From assembly GCA_024679065.1 (NCBI GenBank), contig JAGIQG010000001.1, positions 42,222,001 through 42,286,000 of the forward strand: DNA of 64,000 nucleotides, in the 5' to 3' direction. Positions 36,792 through 49,449 of this stretch are shown here, piece by piece. Position numbers and translations under genes: made by a program. Each line of letters begins with the position of its first letter. The first letter of the stretch is position 1. This DNA comes from Sphyrna mokarran (Eukaryota). The notes below the pieces were generated by a model. The model worked only from the letters and a program-made list of their open reading frames with translations, had not been told where the DNA came from and made no database searches.

Positions 36792-37118
36792 GGGGGAGAT
36801 GATGGTGTGATAACAATGTCACTGAATTAGTAACCTAGAGATTAAATTCAATGAATAAATCTGGTACTGAAAGCTAGTCTCAGTAATGGTTAACATGAAA
36901 CTATTGTTTGTTGTTATTGATTGTTGTTAAAAAAAAATCTAGTCCACTAATGCCCTTTAGGGAAGGAAATCAGCCATTCTTATCTGATCCATCATAGATG
37001 TGACTCCTGAACTGCAATGGCCTCGAAAGAAACTCAGTTCGAAGGAAATCAGATATGGGCAACAAGTGGTAGACTTGCCAGTGATGCTCATATCCAATAA
37101 AGAAATAAAGAAAAAATA
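36792..37118 (+). mobile_element. tRNA-derived SINE (same family as 29527)
   Basis: cactaatgccctttagggaaggaaatc...gatatgggcaac...gccagtgatgctc. Confidence 0.75.
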
Positions 37119-37169
37119 AATGCGATTGAAGTCCAAACCAAATAAAAATATAACAAATCAGGAGAGATA

Positions 37170-37980
37170 GAGGTATTTATCCCAGTGTGGAACTAAATTC
37201 GTGACAAGATTTGTGATGCATTGACAGTCAGTAGGGGGGACAGTGGGGAAGTTCCAGTAAATTGTAACCATGCCAGTTTAGTCCCCATAATTAAAAAACA
37301 TGGCAAAATGGATACACACAACTACTGATTCATTTGTCTCACCACCATCCTGTGTAAAACAATGGAATCAATTGTCAGGAGTGAACTTGGGAAATAACAA
37401 TGTATAATAATAACCCAGTGAGGAGAGGGAGAAAATCGCATTTTTGAGGACATAAACATCCCAGGTGGACTCAGGAACCCCTCCCTACATGACAGTGTTC
37501 CACGACCTCCAAATGGCATTTATCAAGTCTGACATGAGATGCCATTTAGTTAATCTCAGTGCTCTAGGGATTCAGGATAAACCTTGGGAAAAGACTAAAA
37601 AAAAATCTGGCTGAAGGGCAGAGAGCAACACGTCTCATTAGAGCAGTTATATCAGGGTAGAGGAAGGTACGGAATAGAATATCTTGCGGCTTGTGCTGGG
37701 ACCACTGCTGTTTCTAATTTACATCAGAAAAATGGTCAAATTTTCTGAATTATGGAAGCAAAACAAGGGTGATAGATTCAAACTCGTAAGAGGAAATGTA
37801 TAACTGGTATTAGTAAAATCTTCATACAGAGAGTGATTGACACTTGAAGCAGACATCAAAATAGAATCGTGGATACAACCATGAAAGAAGCAGTTGGATG
37901 CTGCATTTGGAGATGAATTCAAGGTGGATAATATGGGCTGAATAATTTTCTTCATCTATTTTGATTTTATGCCCTGTGAT
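37170..37980 (+). mobile_element. Very old CR1 RT remnant
   Basis: gttccag...tgccagtttagtccccataattaaaaaa (VP..W..A..VPI.KK) and tgtgctgggaccactgctgtttctaatttacatc (VLGPLLFLIYI). Confidence 0.55.
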
Positions 37981-38377
37981 ATCTTGGAAACTCAGCTGGT
38001 TCAAAGGTACTTACACCCCAAAAATAATGGTGATATGGTAACTGTATGAAATCAGCTCCTTATAAAACAAGGGCAATATGTATTTTAATATTCAAGAGCA
38101 AAATTAAAATAAAAATTCTGGTGGATAAACTGTAAAATCACTTAATATTACGATGAATCCAGCACATAGTTGATGAAGCAATTGTACTGTTCATTTATTC
38201 AAATATTAAACGTCATTTCTCAGAACTGTACTGAAGGTACCATCATAACTTATATTTAAAAAATTATGTCTGCACCCAAGTTCTGTCAAAGCATTACATA
38301 TAATAAATTTCATTTTGAAAGAAAACTGTCTTTTCACAATTTAATTACCGTTTTCTAACAACAGAGGTGCTATGGTT

Positions 38378-38684
38378 TTTAAGTTTAAGTTTTAGTTTAT
38401 TTCTTAGTGTTACAAGTGGGCTTAAATAAGACTGCAATGAAGTTGCTTTAAAAATATCCTAGTCACCACACACCGATACTTATTCAAGTACACTGAGGGA
38501 GAATTTGGCATGGCAAATGCACCTAACCAGTACGTCTTCCAGACTATGGAGCACCTGGAGAGAACCCACACAAACATGGGGAGAACCCACATGCAGACTC
38601 TGCAGCCAGTGACTTAAGCTGGGAATCAAACCCAGGTCTCTGGCGCTATAAAGCAGCAGTGCTAATCACTGCAGCACCGCTGCC
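38378..38684 (-). mobile_element. Full-length V-SINE, tail type B
   Basis: Reverse head (agcagtgctaatcactg), V domain and type B tail. Confidence 0.88.
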
Positions 38685-39480
38685 ACTCTATCCACACCAT
38701 CATCAAGAGGACAGTACAGTGGAATGTATTTCTTTTATGAATTTGTAATATGAACATAAAAATAAGGGCAGGATATGGGAGAAGGGAAAGAAATGCATCT
38801 CTTTTGGGAAAAACATACACAGAATCAGTGAAAAAAAAACTCAAAACCCATAACTGAAGATTTCTATCATGAATGAAAGGTTGCTGTTAACATATCATTA
38901 CAATTAGATATTCTGTTTGCTTAAGGGAACAAGCGGCTCTTTTATTTGCAAGGGAATGCTGTGCGAGTCTAGGGGCCACTACATGATAATTTACTGCAAT
39001 GAATTATGGAGTTTATTTTTGCTTCTTTGTCAATCCATTAGGAGAGAAAGGAAATGAAATCAGCAAAAAATGAAAAGGACAGTGAGCAATTTAATTTATT
39101 TGATCCTCTCAGAGGAGTTGCAAAGTTTGTGTTGCCTTTTTCACAGAAAAGGCAGGTTAAATATCTGCACAGGAATATCAGCGAGGTTTCTGAGAATAAA
39201 GAAAAAGAAATGATTGAAAGATGAGTGCAACATGGTTCTGAGCTGTTGGAAACAAGGGAATGTAATATTAGAGAAGACAAGTGGTGAAAGATAATTAAAG
39301 GTTACGCTCTGGAATTTGTTTTTATTTAGTGGTGGTGATGGGGGGAGGAGAGAGGGGGTTCAGGCAAGGGAAACCTTTACAGAATTTTTCTTGGGGTGGG
39401 TAGGGGAAAGACTTGTGTTTTTCACAAACACCAAACATCCCACAGCATTTTATAGCCAATTACATATAGTCACTATATAT

Positions 39481-39770
39481 TGGCACAGTGTATTGGCACT
39501 GCTGCTTCACAGTGCCAGGGACCTAGGCTTGATTCCTAGCTTGATTGAAGGATCATTGTCTGTGTGGAGTTTTCAAATTCTCCTAGTGTGTGTGGATTTC
39601 TTCCTGATGCTCTGGTTTCCTCTCACTGTCTGAAAGACCTGCTGGTTTGGTGCACTGGACATACTAAATTCTCCTTGCCGGAGAATGACAACTAGGTGAT
39701 TTTCATAGAAACTTCATTGCAATGTTAATGTAAGCCTATTTGTGATGCTAATAAATAAACTTTAAACTTC
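39481..39770 (+). mobile_element. V-SINE, tail type B
   Basis: tggcacagtg...cacagtgccagggacc...aatgtaagcctatttgtgatgctaataaataaactttaaact. Confidence 0.88.
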
Positions 39771-39774
39771 AATT

Positions 39775-40097
39775 TGGAAAACACAGCAGCCAGTTTACAC
39801 ACAAACAGCAATGTGGTAAAGACCAGATAATCTCTTTTTTTGATGTTGATTAAAGGATAAGTATCAATCAGGACATCAGGAATAATAATTGCCCTGCTTT
39901 TCTTTGAAATTATGCCAGGGGATTTTTTTACATCCACTAAAGCAACCAGGTGGGATACATGCCCCATATGAAAACAATGTCTCTGACAGTGTAACACTCC
40001 CTCAGTACCACACGAGTATCAACGTGACTTTTGTGCTCAAATCCTGGAGGGGGAATTGAACCCAGATTCAGAAGCAAGAGCGCTACTGAGCCATGGC
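39775..40097 (-). mobile_element. Deu-domain SINE (SacSINE1-like)
   Basis: gacagtgtaacactccctcagtac is the reverse of the Deu core; tRNA-like head ttgaaccca...ctgagccatggct. Confidence 0.7.
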
Positions 40098-40137
40098 TAA
40101 TACTCAGAGTTGTAGGAAGATGCCCATAATCTTTTTC

Positions 40138-40590
40138 GTTGTATTACAGCTTGGTATGTCTCCTGCTCTGCCAAGACCACAAGGAACTACAAAAGGTCCT
40201 GAATGTAGCCCAGTCCATCACGCAAACCAGCCTCCCATCCGTTAACTCTATCTACATATTCCGCTGCCCTGGCAAAGCAGCCAGTATAATTAAGGACCAA
40301 ATACACCCCGGACATTCTCTCTTCCACCTTCTTCTGTCAGGAAAAAGATATAAAATCTGAGGTCAAATATTAACCGACTCAAGAATAGCTTCTTCCCTGT
40401 TGCTGTCTGACTTTTGAGTGGACTTACCTTGCATTAAGTTGATCTTTCTCTACATTCTAGCTATGATTGTAACACTACATTCTGCACTCTCTTGTTTCCT
40501 TCTCCATGAATGGTATGCTTTATCTGTATTGTGCTCAAGAAACAATACTTTTCACTGTTAATACATGTGACAATAATAAATCAAATCAAA
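40138..40590 (+). mobile_element. Rex1/Babar LINE 3' end
   Basis: CITAWY..QDHKELQKVLNVAQSITQTSLP..IIKDQIHPGHSLFHLLLSGKRY..RLKNSFFP; (aaatc)n tail. Confidence 0.9.
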
Positions 40591-40611
40591 TATTAAAATA
40601 GATCAAGAGGC

Positions 40612-41351
40612 TAGTTGTTTGTATTCTTGTTAAATTGACAGATTAATGGATCTAAAATATCATAATTTGGAGTTTAATAAGAATGCATTAAACACTTACA
40701 TGATTTTCTTTACACAGCATAACTTCAAGTCCAAATCATTACTATTCATTAGTCAGCATGACTTTGCCAGAAATATGTCATGTCTAACAAATTTGATTTA
40801 ATTTTTTGAGGAGGTAACCAGATGTATAGATGAGAGCAACATAGTTGAAGTAGTCTATGTGGATTTCAGCAAAGCCTTTGAGAAGGTTCAACATGGGAGA
40901 CTTATAAAGAAGGCAAATATACACGAGATACAGGGTAATTTGATAAAGTGGATTTAAAATTGACAGCTGGAGGTGAGGGTGATGACAGAAGGTGCTTCAC
41001 TGACTGAAAGCAGTGTCCAGTGACATACCATAGGGATCTGTGTTAGCCCCCCACCAAATATTTACTATTTATATAAATGACTGTGTGGTAAATAGGATTA
41101 GTAAGTATGCAGATGACATAAAGATTTCCCTCATCTACACATCTGGTTACTTCCTCAAACAATTCAATCAAATTTGCTGGACGTGACATACATCTGACAA
41201 AATTATGTTGACTAATGAACAATAATGATTTGGACTTGGAGTTATACCATATAAAGAAAATCATGTAAGTATTTAATTCAATTTGTTAAACTCCAAATTA
41301 TGTTATCTTAGATCCATTAATCTATCAATTTTACAGGAATACAAAGAACTA
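40612..41351. repeat. Long inverted repeat: arms about 40612-40835 and 41128-41351
   Basis: The right arm is the reverse complement of the left over about 225 bp (e.g. attaatggatcta/tagatccattaat, cataatttggagttta/taaactccaaattatg, gtaaccagatgt/acatctggttac). Confidence 0.95.
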
Positions 41352-41860
41352 TCCGGATGGTTAGTCATTCAGTGAGGCTGAATGACTTGGGCTACAGAAA
41401 GATATAGATGGAATGGTCAAATAGGCAGATAAGTGGCAGATAAAAATTAACCCTGAAAAGTGTGAGGTGATGCACTTTGGAAGGAGTAATTAGACAAGGA
41501 AGTAATCAATGAAGTGCATGACTCCAGGTAGTTCTGAGGAACAAAAGAACGTTGGCATGTTTGGCTAAGGTTTTTGAAAGTGGAAGGGCATGTTAGAATG
41601 GTGGTGAAAAAGGCATATGGAGCACTTGTCTTTATCAATCAAAGCGTAGATTACAAAAGCCAGAAGTCATGTTCGAGTTACACAAAACTCTGGTGAAGAC
41701 ACAGCTAGAGCACTTGTGTGCAGTTCTGGTCATCATATTATAGGATATGGGCCAGGTGCTGGTAAGTGGGATTAGATGATGGGTATTAGATTAGGTAAAT
41801 TAGGTGTTTCACATAGCAGTACAGATTTGATTGGCCAAAGTGCCTCTTTGGCATTGTATT
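40748..41860 (+). mobile_element. Decayed CR1 LINE RT to 3' end, interrupted at the YADD motif
   Basis: SQH.F....SCLTNL..FFEEVT...DE..VVYVDFSKAF, gcagatgacataaagatt, ccctgaaaagtgtgaggtgatgcactttgg, cagttctggtc. Confidence 0.85.
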
Positions 41861-41875
41861 TGATTATTCATTACC

Positions 41876-41990
41876 TTCTTTCATGGGATATGAATATCGC
41901 TGGCTAGGCCAATATTTATTGCCTATCCCTAAATGCCCTTGGAAAGATCGTGGTGAGCTGCCTTCTTGAAATGCTGCAGTCCAGTGGTGC
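41876..41990 (-). mobile_element. L2/CR1-group LINE extreme 3' end
   Basis: tttattgcctatccctaaatgcccttggaaagatcgtggtgagctgccttcttgaa. Confidence 0.75.
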
Positions 41991-43925
41991 TCTCAAATCA
42001 CTCTCATCCATTTTACTTTTCACAATATGCTCTGTTGTCTTCAAAATTAATTTAGTACAAATTCCATTACTGGTGTCACATGATTCAAACATGGCTGAAA
42101 TTGTCCTTTATGTGATGCCATTTTGGATGATTACCACATCATTAAGGGAAGGGTATTACAAGGTGGTTTGATAATTATGTAAACTTGTCAGGGAAATACA
42201 TTAGAATCTTAACTTAGACTTCCTTATATAAAGGAGCTAGTTTTTTCTGAGCAAAGCATTCTCTTCAGAAAAGAAAGCAGAACATTAAGATTAACAATGA
42301 GACATTATCTCCTTAATTATATATTTTGTACTAAAGAGGACAAGGTTACAAAGTTAATCATAAATATGGCCAATGCAATTCCCTGAAAGAACATTAATGC
42401 CTCTTTTATCCAATGAAGTGTTATTGTCCTAGCTGCAAATTACAGTGGATTTATGAAAGTCATGGTAAATCTATGTGAGATAAATTAATCTGTATTGACT
42501 ACGCTCTGCAGGTCAGTCTAGGAGATTGGAGATCATCAGAGTAAAATATGAAAATACACAGCATATTACCATGCCAAATCTCCAGATAAGAATTTTCAAT
42601 AAACTAAATGCTTTATTGCATTACAGTTGGAGTAGCCCTTGCTTGCTGACCTAGATAGTTTTCAGATTCACACTGTAATGTATTTAAGCCATGGCTTATT
42701 ACAAATGTTAATGCTATTGCTAAAACTTGTAATTTGAAATAGCCAAAGATAAGAATAATCATTAAAAAATTTAAACTTTAGGTAAAACCTTACTATCAAT
42801 AATTCACAGACGTTGTTGTCAATTTATTTCTCCATATTAGAGGTTTCAGTATATTTTGGTCTGAACTCTACGACTGACTTAGCAATACTGCAGGGAAGAC
42901 CAAGCAAAAAGAAAAGAATAATGAGGTTCCACTACAGAAGCTTTAATTGTTCTTTTAAATCCTATAACATAGATTAAAAATTCTATAGGATTCATCATTC
43001 ATCCATGGAAAAAGTTGCAAAACCAGAAAATGGTTTTATTCTCTCAGTATTCATTCTACATTTCATGAGAAGTGTTTGGTGGGAATCAAATATTGTAAAT
43101 TCAGAACCTCCCCAGGACTATGTGAAAAATTGTTTACCTTTACTTCTCAGTAGAGCTGAGAATTACTGCATGATGTATAATACATTTCAGGGAAACTTAG
43201 ATCCTTTTACGAGGTGAGGGTATCAAGAAATGGCAGGACGATTCCACTTTATTAGATTTTCAATTCAAGTCAACAAGAAAATTGGGCAGAGTTTAGATTG
43301 GACTGTAAATTCCCTATCGTCCATCCTGTGCAGATATCGAGATAAATTTATACCCTGACATATCTGATCTTGTTTTCGCCAGATGTTTACAAAAACAATT
43401 CTTTATTAGGTGAACCTGGATAGGGATCGGAGTAGAATCCCAACTGAGTTAGGTCACAGATCAGCCATAATCTGATTGAAGAGCAGAACAGATTTGAGAG
43501 CTAAATGGCCAACTTCTGTTCCTATTTTCCTATGATTTTGTTTCTTTGTTCTCTAATTTCCAAGAAAAGCAATTTCAATCTAAGTACTTGGGTGAGATTA
43601 AAAATTTTGTAAGTGGAGATGGTTGGTGGGGACAATCATAAAATCGCGGATAGATGTTTCAATCTCTAAGGTAAACATGGTGCGTAAAGCTCCCTAATGG
43701 GAGTGTAATGTCAGAAAATTATCATTTCAGGACAGATCCATACAGACTGGGAAGTCCTATTTTTCACTATCATGTTGCATTGTGTCAACTGATCTCAACT
43801 GGTGATATGGTAAAAACATTCTAATTTGCTGAAGTAAATTTTGCCAAAGAAAATTAACATCAGTCTGACTTGGTTCAGATCGTGTGTGCCTTTATGTGCC
43901 CTTCTCTGATTAGAACTTTCCACAC

Positions 43926-44018
43926 ACGTGATGAAGGAACAGTATTTCTGGAAGCTTGTGGGTTTATTATCAAATATACTGGTTGGGCTTTAACCTAGTC
44001 TTGTGAGACTTCTTACTC
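43926..44018 (+). mobile_element. Penelope-like terminal-repeat fragment
   Basis: tgatgaaggaacagtatttctggaagcttgtg...ctttaacctag...tgtgagacttcttact is homologous to 51995-52080. Confidence 0.6.
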
Positions 44019-44119
44019 GGTTCAGATCACCATCATGCTGGGAAGTCTATAGGGATTATTTTGTTAAAGGGTGAAAACAGTCACTAACTAGGAAACATGC
44101 TAATAAGGCACTCCCATTT

Positions 44120-44950
44120 GAATTAAAACAAAAAAAATGTTGGAAATACTCAGCAGACCTGGCAGCATCTATGAAGAGAGAAACACAGGTCAAGATTTTT
44201 GCTTCTTGACCAGGTATAAGGAGAAGGGAAAGCTCCCAGCTCTGTGAAAGTGACCGCTCACAATTTCAAATTTCATCTGATGGGTAGCACAGTCTGAATT
44301 AGAAATTGGGTCCACCAACCCCAGAATGAGTGAACTGTGTGCTGGTATGATCAGCTGGCTGGAAGTTTTGCTGATGTACTCCACCATCTTGATGAATTAA
44401 TTAATTAATTAAACAAAAAAACAGTCCTCCATCCCTAACCCTTCATTTCTCTCAACTCTCCATGTACCCTCCATGCTCCTTCCACGACAATCTATGCCAC
44501 CACATACCCACACCACCATACCCCCATATCAAATCATGCACCTCTAACTACCACCAAGGTGCCTTATATCCATGAATGCTCTTGCTTCCAACCCCATTGA
44601 CCCTCATACCCTCTCCTCCCCCTCACCTCACATGCCCATGGTCCTTTATAGCTACCATTACAATATAGTGCCAACTCATGCCAACCCACTATCCTTTGCT
44701 TTAACCCCTTCATGCCAACTCACTGACTGTCCTTTGCAGTTTTTTTGGCAGTTTTCACTGTTCTTTGATAGTTTGGCATTTCTTTGACAGTTCTTTGACA
44801 ATTCCAATGAATTTATGCTCTGCTTTTGCACAACTATGATCACTTTAAAAATTCCAAAAGGTGCTTTATTTCTCCCGAAAGTGATCTGGGACCATTTCCA
44901 AAGGGGCATTTTTCCGCATGAGGGGTAATCTGACAATCCAACGAAATACA
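44120..44950. mobile_element. Penelope-derived fragment (44120-44190) followed by a decayed Harbinger-like element
   Basis: ggaaatactcagcagacctggcagcatct...gagagaaaca, then ggtcaagatttt and a C/A-rich block. Confidence 0.45.
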
Positions 44951-45010
44951 CCAAATTCATTTGCTTAAGTCAGTAAGTCAACATGCCGACCACTCAGTGT
45001 TAACCACTGA

Positions 45011-45310
45011 AGCACAGTGGTTAGCACTGCTGTCTCACAGCGCCAGGGCCCCAAGTTCAATTCCAACCTTGGGTGACTGGCTGTGTAGAGTTTGTATGTC
45101 CTTCCCATGTCTGTGTTGGAATTCCTCCAGGTGCTCCAGTTTCCTCCCAAGATATGCATGTCAGGTGGACTGGCCATGCTAAATTGCCCCTTAGTGCCAT
45201 GGGGACTAGCAGAGTAAATATGTGAGTTTACGGGATAGAGCCTGGTTAGGATTGTTGGTGCAAACTTGATGGGCCAAATGGCCTCATTCTGCACTGTAGG
45301 GATTCTATGA
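45011..45310 (+). mobile_element. HE1 V-SINE (HER1-derived tail)
   Basis: gcacagtggttagcactgc head to gatgggccaaatggcctcattctgcactgtagggattctatga. Confidence 0.92.
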
Positions 45311-45566
45311 AGTGCTAATCACTCAAAGCCACCTTCACTCAAATATTTTAGGGATGATCCCTGACTCGTGTGACTGTTCAAAATGGGAGGAGGGTCGCAC
45401 GAAAAGACAACTAACCCAGGGAGACTTTGTCAGGAACATGCTGAGACAATATCAATATGGTGGAGACAGTGCAAAAAACCCCCAAACAACTCATCTAACT
45501 GGCACCACCTGCCTCACAGAATAGCAGAGTGTGTAGTTTGTGCAACAGATTGGTTAGCCATCTCAT

Positions 45567-45812
45567 GGGGGTGGCATAGTAGTTAGCATTGCTGCCTTAC
45601 AGTGCCAGGGACCCGATTAAATTGAGTCACTGTCTGTGTGGGGTTTGCACATTCTCCCTGTGTTTGCATGGGTTTCCTCCCATAATCTAAAAATCATGTT
45701 GGTTAGGTGCATTGACCCAAACAGGTGCCAGAGTCTGGCAACTAGGGGAATTTCACATTATTTCATTGCAGTAATAATGTAAGCCTATTTGTGACTCATA
45801 AATAAACTTTAA
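45567..45812 (+). mobile_element. V-SINE type B short variant
   Basis: gtggcatagtagttagcattgctgcc...tgcattgacccaaacagg...aatgtaagcctatttgtgactcataaataaacttt. Confidence 0.88.
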
Positions 45813-45951
45813 TTAAATACATTTTTACTTTAACCCATCAAAGTGGAGTGGAAGCAAGTTACTCTGCATTCAATGGACTCGCTAAGAAAAAAGACAGACT
45901 ACTGAGTATTAACTAATTTAAATTTATAGCTTGTTTTTATATTTATGTTTA

Positions 45952-46674
45952 TTTTATTTTGCAAGTTATTTCAGCTGGGAATGCACTGTATTAAGCTTGA
46001 ATGGTACAGTATTTCAACTTATACATTGCTTTTTACTGGATGAGAAATGTCTGAAGGGACCTAATTCTGGTTTTAATATAGGTTTGTATGGGAATCTATA
46101 TTAGATTCCAATGGGAATCTATGATTCACTTAAAGTCATGATTTTTATGAACACAACTACAGATTTAAGTGAGATCTCACTGTAATTGTTGATTACCGTC
46201 ATGTGAATTTGTTAAAAGCACTAAAAAGATAGCAGTCATGATTTAGCAGTCATGCCTCATTCGGCAGCAATTCTCATGTATATATGGATTCCACACAAGC
46301 ATTGCCACTGAAGGTGCGGACAGTGTTGCTTTGCACAAAATAGCATTGGCCAGGAAGGCTCAGGAACTGACATATGCATAAGTCCTTGATGCCAGCACTG
46401 GAGATCTTTGCAGAGAATGCTAAAAAGAGGAGAGAGGATAAGTAACTTTGGTAGGGTGGATGTGGGGGGAATGTTTTTTAATCAATTCATGGGATGTGGG
46501 CATCACTGGCTGGGCCAACATTTATTGTCCATCCCTGAGGGCACTTAACAGTCAGCCTCATTGTTGTAGATCTGGAGTCACATGCAGTCAGGTAAAAAGC
46601 AACGTATAAATTGAAATGCTGTACCAAAAATGCTTAATGCTGTGCATTCCCAGCTGAAATAACTTGCAAATAAA
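45952..46674. repeat. Inverted repeat: arms about 45952-46036 and 46592-46674
   Basis: ttgcaagttatttcagctgggaatgcac (left) is the exact reverse complement of gtgcattcccagctgaaataacttgcaa (right); similarity extends about 85 bp. Confidence 0.95.
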
Positions 46675-46782
46675 TGAAGTCAGACTGGGTAAAGATGATG
46701 GGATTTCCTTCCCTGAATTCCATTAATGAACTCAGATGTGTTTTTACAACAGTCCACAATGGTTTCATGGTTATTGTTAGAA
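46473..46782 (-). mobile_element. tRNA-derived SINE (29527 family) interrupted by an inverted insert
   Basis: catttattgtccatccct...ctggagtcacatg [insert] cagactgggtaaagatg...atttccttccct. Confidence 0.8.
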
Positions 46783-47692
46783 TATGATTAAGCTCTCCCA
46801 CAATCCTGGTTATTCCAACATGGAGTCTATAAAGTGAACACTGCTTGCCCTTTTAAGAATTTATGGAATAAATGTTGATATCAAGTATTGGTGAAGTCAA
46901 GATAAATTGTCCCAGAAACTCTCCTGGTGTATTTCAAAAGTTCTCCAACTGCTAACTCCAAATAAATAGTCAAAGATGATATATTTTTAAGTAGTGCTCA
47001 AGATCCTTGACAATGAGTTATTTATACCAATAAGCTGGTCAGTATTAGGTGAGGGTACTGTAGTTCAGGCACTACTTGTCAAATTGCAACTTAAACAGAA
47101 ATCAGCTCCTTAACGATCTTCCCAGAGATAATTTCTGGCACAAGCTCCAACTCCTTTTCCGGTATGCTACTTTGTGTTAAACATTGTAAAGTGGGTAGTA
47201 ACTCATGTCTCCAAATTGGCTGCCACCTGAGATCTTAAGGGCCTAAACAAGCCGCAAAAAGTTACTGTCCTTTCACCCTCAATCTATCCATGTTTAAAGA
47301 CACAAGTTGATGAGAGAGCCAAGTTCAGTGGTGCTGCTATTGATGATTCAATAGACTACCAGCAGCTCATGCTTACATTGTGAAGAATTTTGAGTAATGT
47401 ACTGAAGTGTAATCAAATCAAGATCGAGAATATGGGGGATATGATGAGAAGAGACCAAAAACAGAGTCAAATATTTGTGTTTGAAATAAGTGCCTCGAGA
47501 AAAATGGAGAAATTTGGGGAAGGGAATGACTGCAGGCACAGACATTGATGGTGAGGCAAAGGGATGCAGAGATATTGGGGAGGACAGTTGTAGACTGGTG
47601 AAGATACAGAGATGAGTTATTTAAAACTAGAATGAGAAAGCTCACATGGAAAGAGTGCTGCTTGTGCTATGAAATATACTCCAGGAAGAATC

Positions 47693-48066
47693 CATAGAAT
47701 CCCTATAGTGTGGAAGGAGGCCATTTAGTCTATTGAGTTTTCACCAATTCTCCCAAAGAGCATCTTATCCAGGCCCACCCTCCCACCTATCCTCCTAACT
47801 CCACATATTTACCATGGCTAATGCATCTAATCTACATATCTTTGGACACTAAGGGAAAATTTAGCATGGACTTTCCACCTAATATGCACATCTTTGGACT
47901 GTGGGAGGAAACTGAAGCACCTGGAGGAAACCATGCAGACATGGGGAACGCAGACAGAAGGAGAACATGCAAATTCCACAAAGACAGAGGCCCAAGATCA
48001 GAATTGAACCCAGGTCCCTGGCACTGTGAGACAGCAATGCTAACCAGCAGTCTGCCACCACTGCCT
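47693..48066 (-). mobile_element. Full-length HE1 V-SINE
   Basis: catagaatccctatagtg...ggacactaaggg...gaattgaacccaggtccctggcactgtgag; small internal duplication of gcagaca..ggagaac. Confidence 0.92.
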
Positions 48067-49449
48067 TCAGGACAAAATTACAGGAATATTGCAGTACAAA
48101 AATGCAACATGATCCACATTGTCAGATTCTCAACTCACTTCATTTTTCATGCTAACTTTTCAATCAAATAGAAAATTGGTATTTATGAAACAACGAGGGA
48201 CTTCTAAATGAGTAAACTACTCTAATATTCCTTTCTCCCTATCATCTTTGAAATAATCATCAAGATCAGTTTTATTCCCCCCTTTTACATTATTACTGAT
48301 TTACTAATTAATGACATAGTCATTTCATAAAGGTCAGCAAAAAAAGATAAAACTTTCAGGTCTTCAGAGCTCAACAGAATAGCCCTTGGTCACTGTCATG
48401 AACATATAACTCCCTTCTGTTGTTGTCACTATAGGTAAATCAAAGGAGAGTTTCAAAGCGATTTGAGGAATCTGAAAGAATCCAAAAATCCCATCATTGG
48501 ACTTACAAGGAATTACTTCAGCCAGGAAACATTCTTGTTAACAATGTGCTGCTTCCCTTTGTAACACAGTACAAACTTATGTTTCATCGAACCAGAGTTT
48601 CGGTGTTGCACACATGCACCTGTACCCAGGAGTTCATGTGAATATTCATGCATCTTGAAGCTGTGTTGCCCAGAGGATTCAGAGTTCATTAACCTTCGGG
48701 CTACTAGCAGTCTGAATATTTATTGGAAATCACTACAGTATAGTACATATGCACTCTGGGCAAGATCAAGGAAGCTATGATCACCAATATTTTTTGCTTC
48801 CTTTTAAGGCAGCAAGGAAAAATGAAACATCCCTTTGGGTAAAAGGTGAGGACTGACAACCTGATTTCCAATAACTTTCAAGGTGGATGGAATGGTTTGG
48901 CATCTCCCAAAATGGAGCAAAGTTTAAACTTTTTACAAACTACTATTTCCCCTAAATCTCTCAAATTGCAACCATGTTTGGTAAATGGCAATAGTTTATG
49001 GCCTATTCAATGTATTATTTCCCTCATTTGTGACAGATTGAGGGGGTTGTAAACACAATGTTGAGTGACACTGATTTTCCTTCACTCCCGTACCTCTTGG
49101 AGGTATCATCATCAGCATCTGCTGATTAGTGGTCTGTAATTCTTGACAGGGTTTATGTGTTCGCTGTTTTGATACCCAATTGCCATTTTGTAGAAATGCC
49201 AACAGCACCACAGAGCCTAATCCTATTTGCAGCCAAGAACTGCACCGATGCAGTTTCAAGTAGGAATCAATGAGTTATGGTTAGAAATACAGTTGATATT
49301 TATTTTTCCATTCTCTATCAAAGATATTCAGGAAATCTTCAGAACATCCTATAGTTCCTCAGACCCCATTAAGCACTTTTGTAGTACAGTATTGTTGTTT
49401 TGTAGACAAATGTATCAACTAATCTTCACACAGCAAGGTCCCAGGCTAA

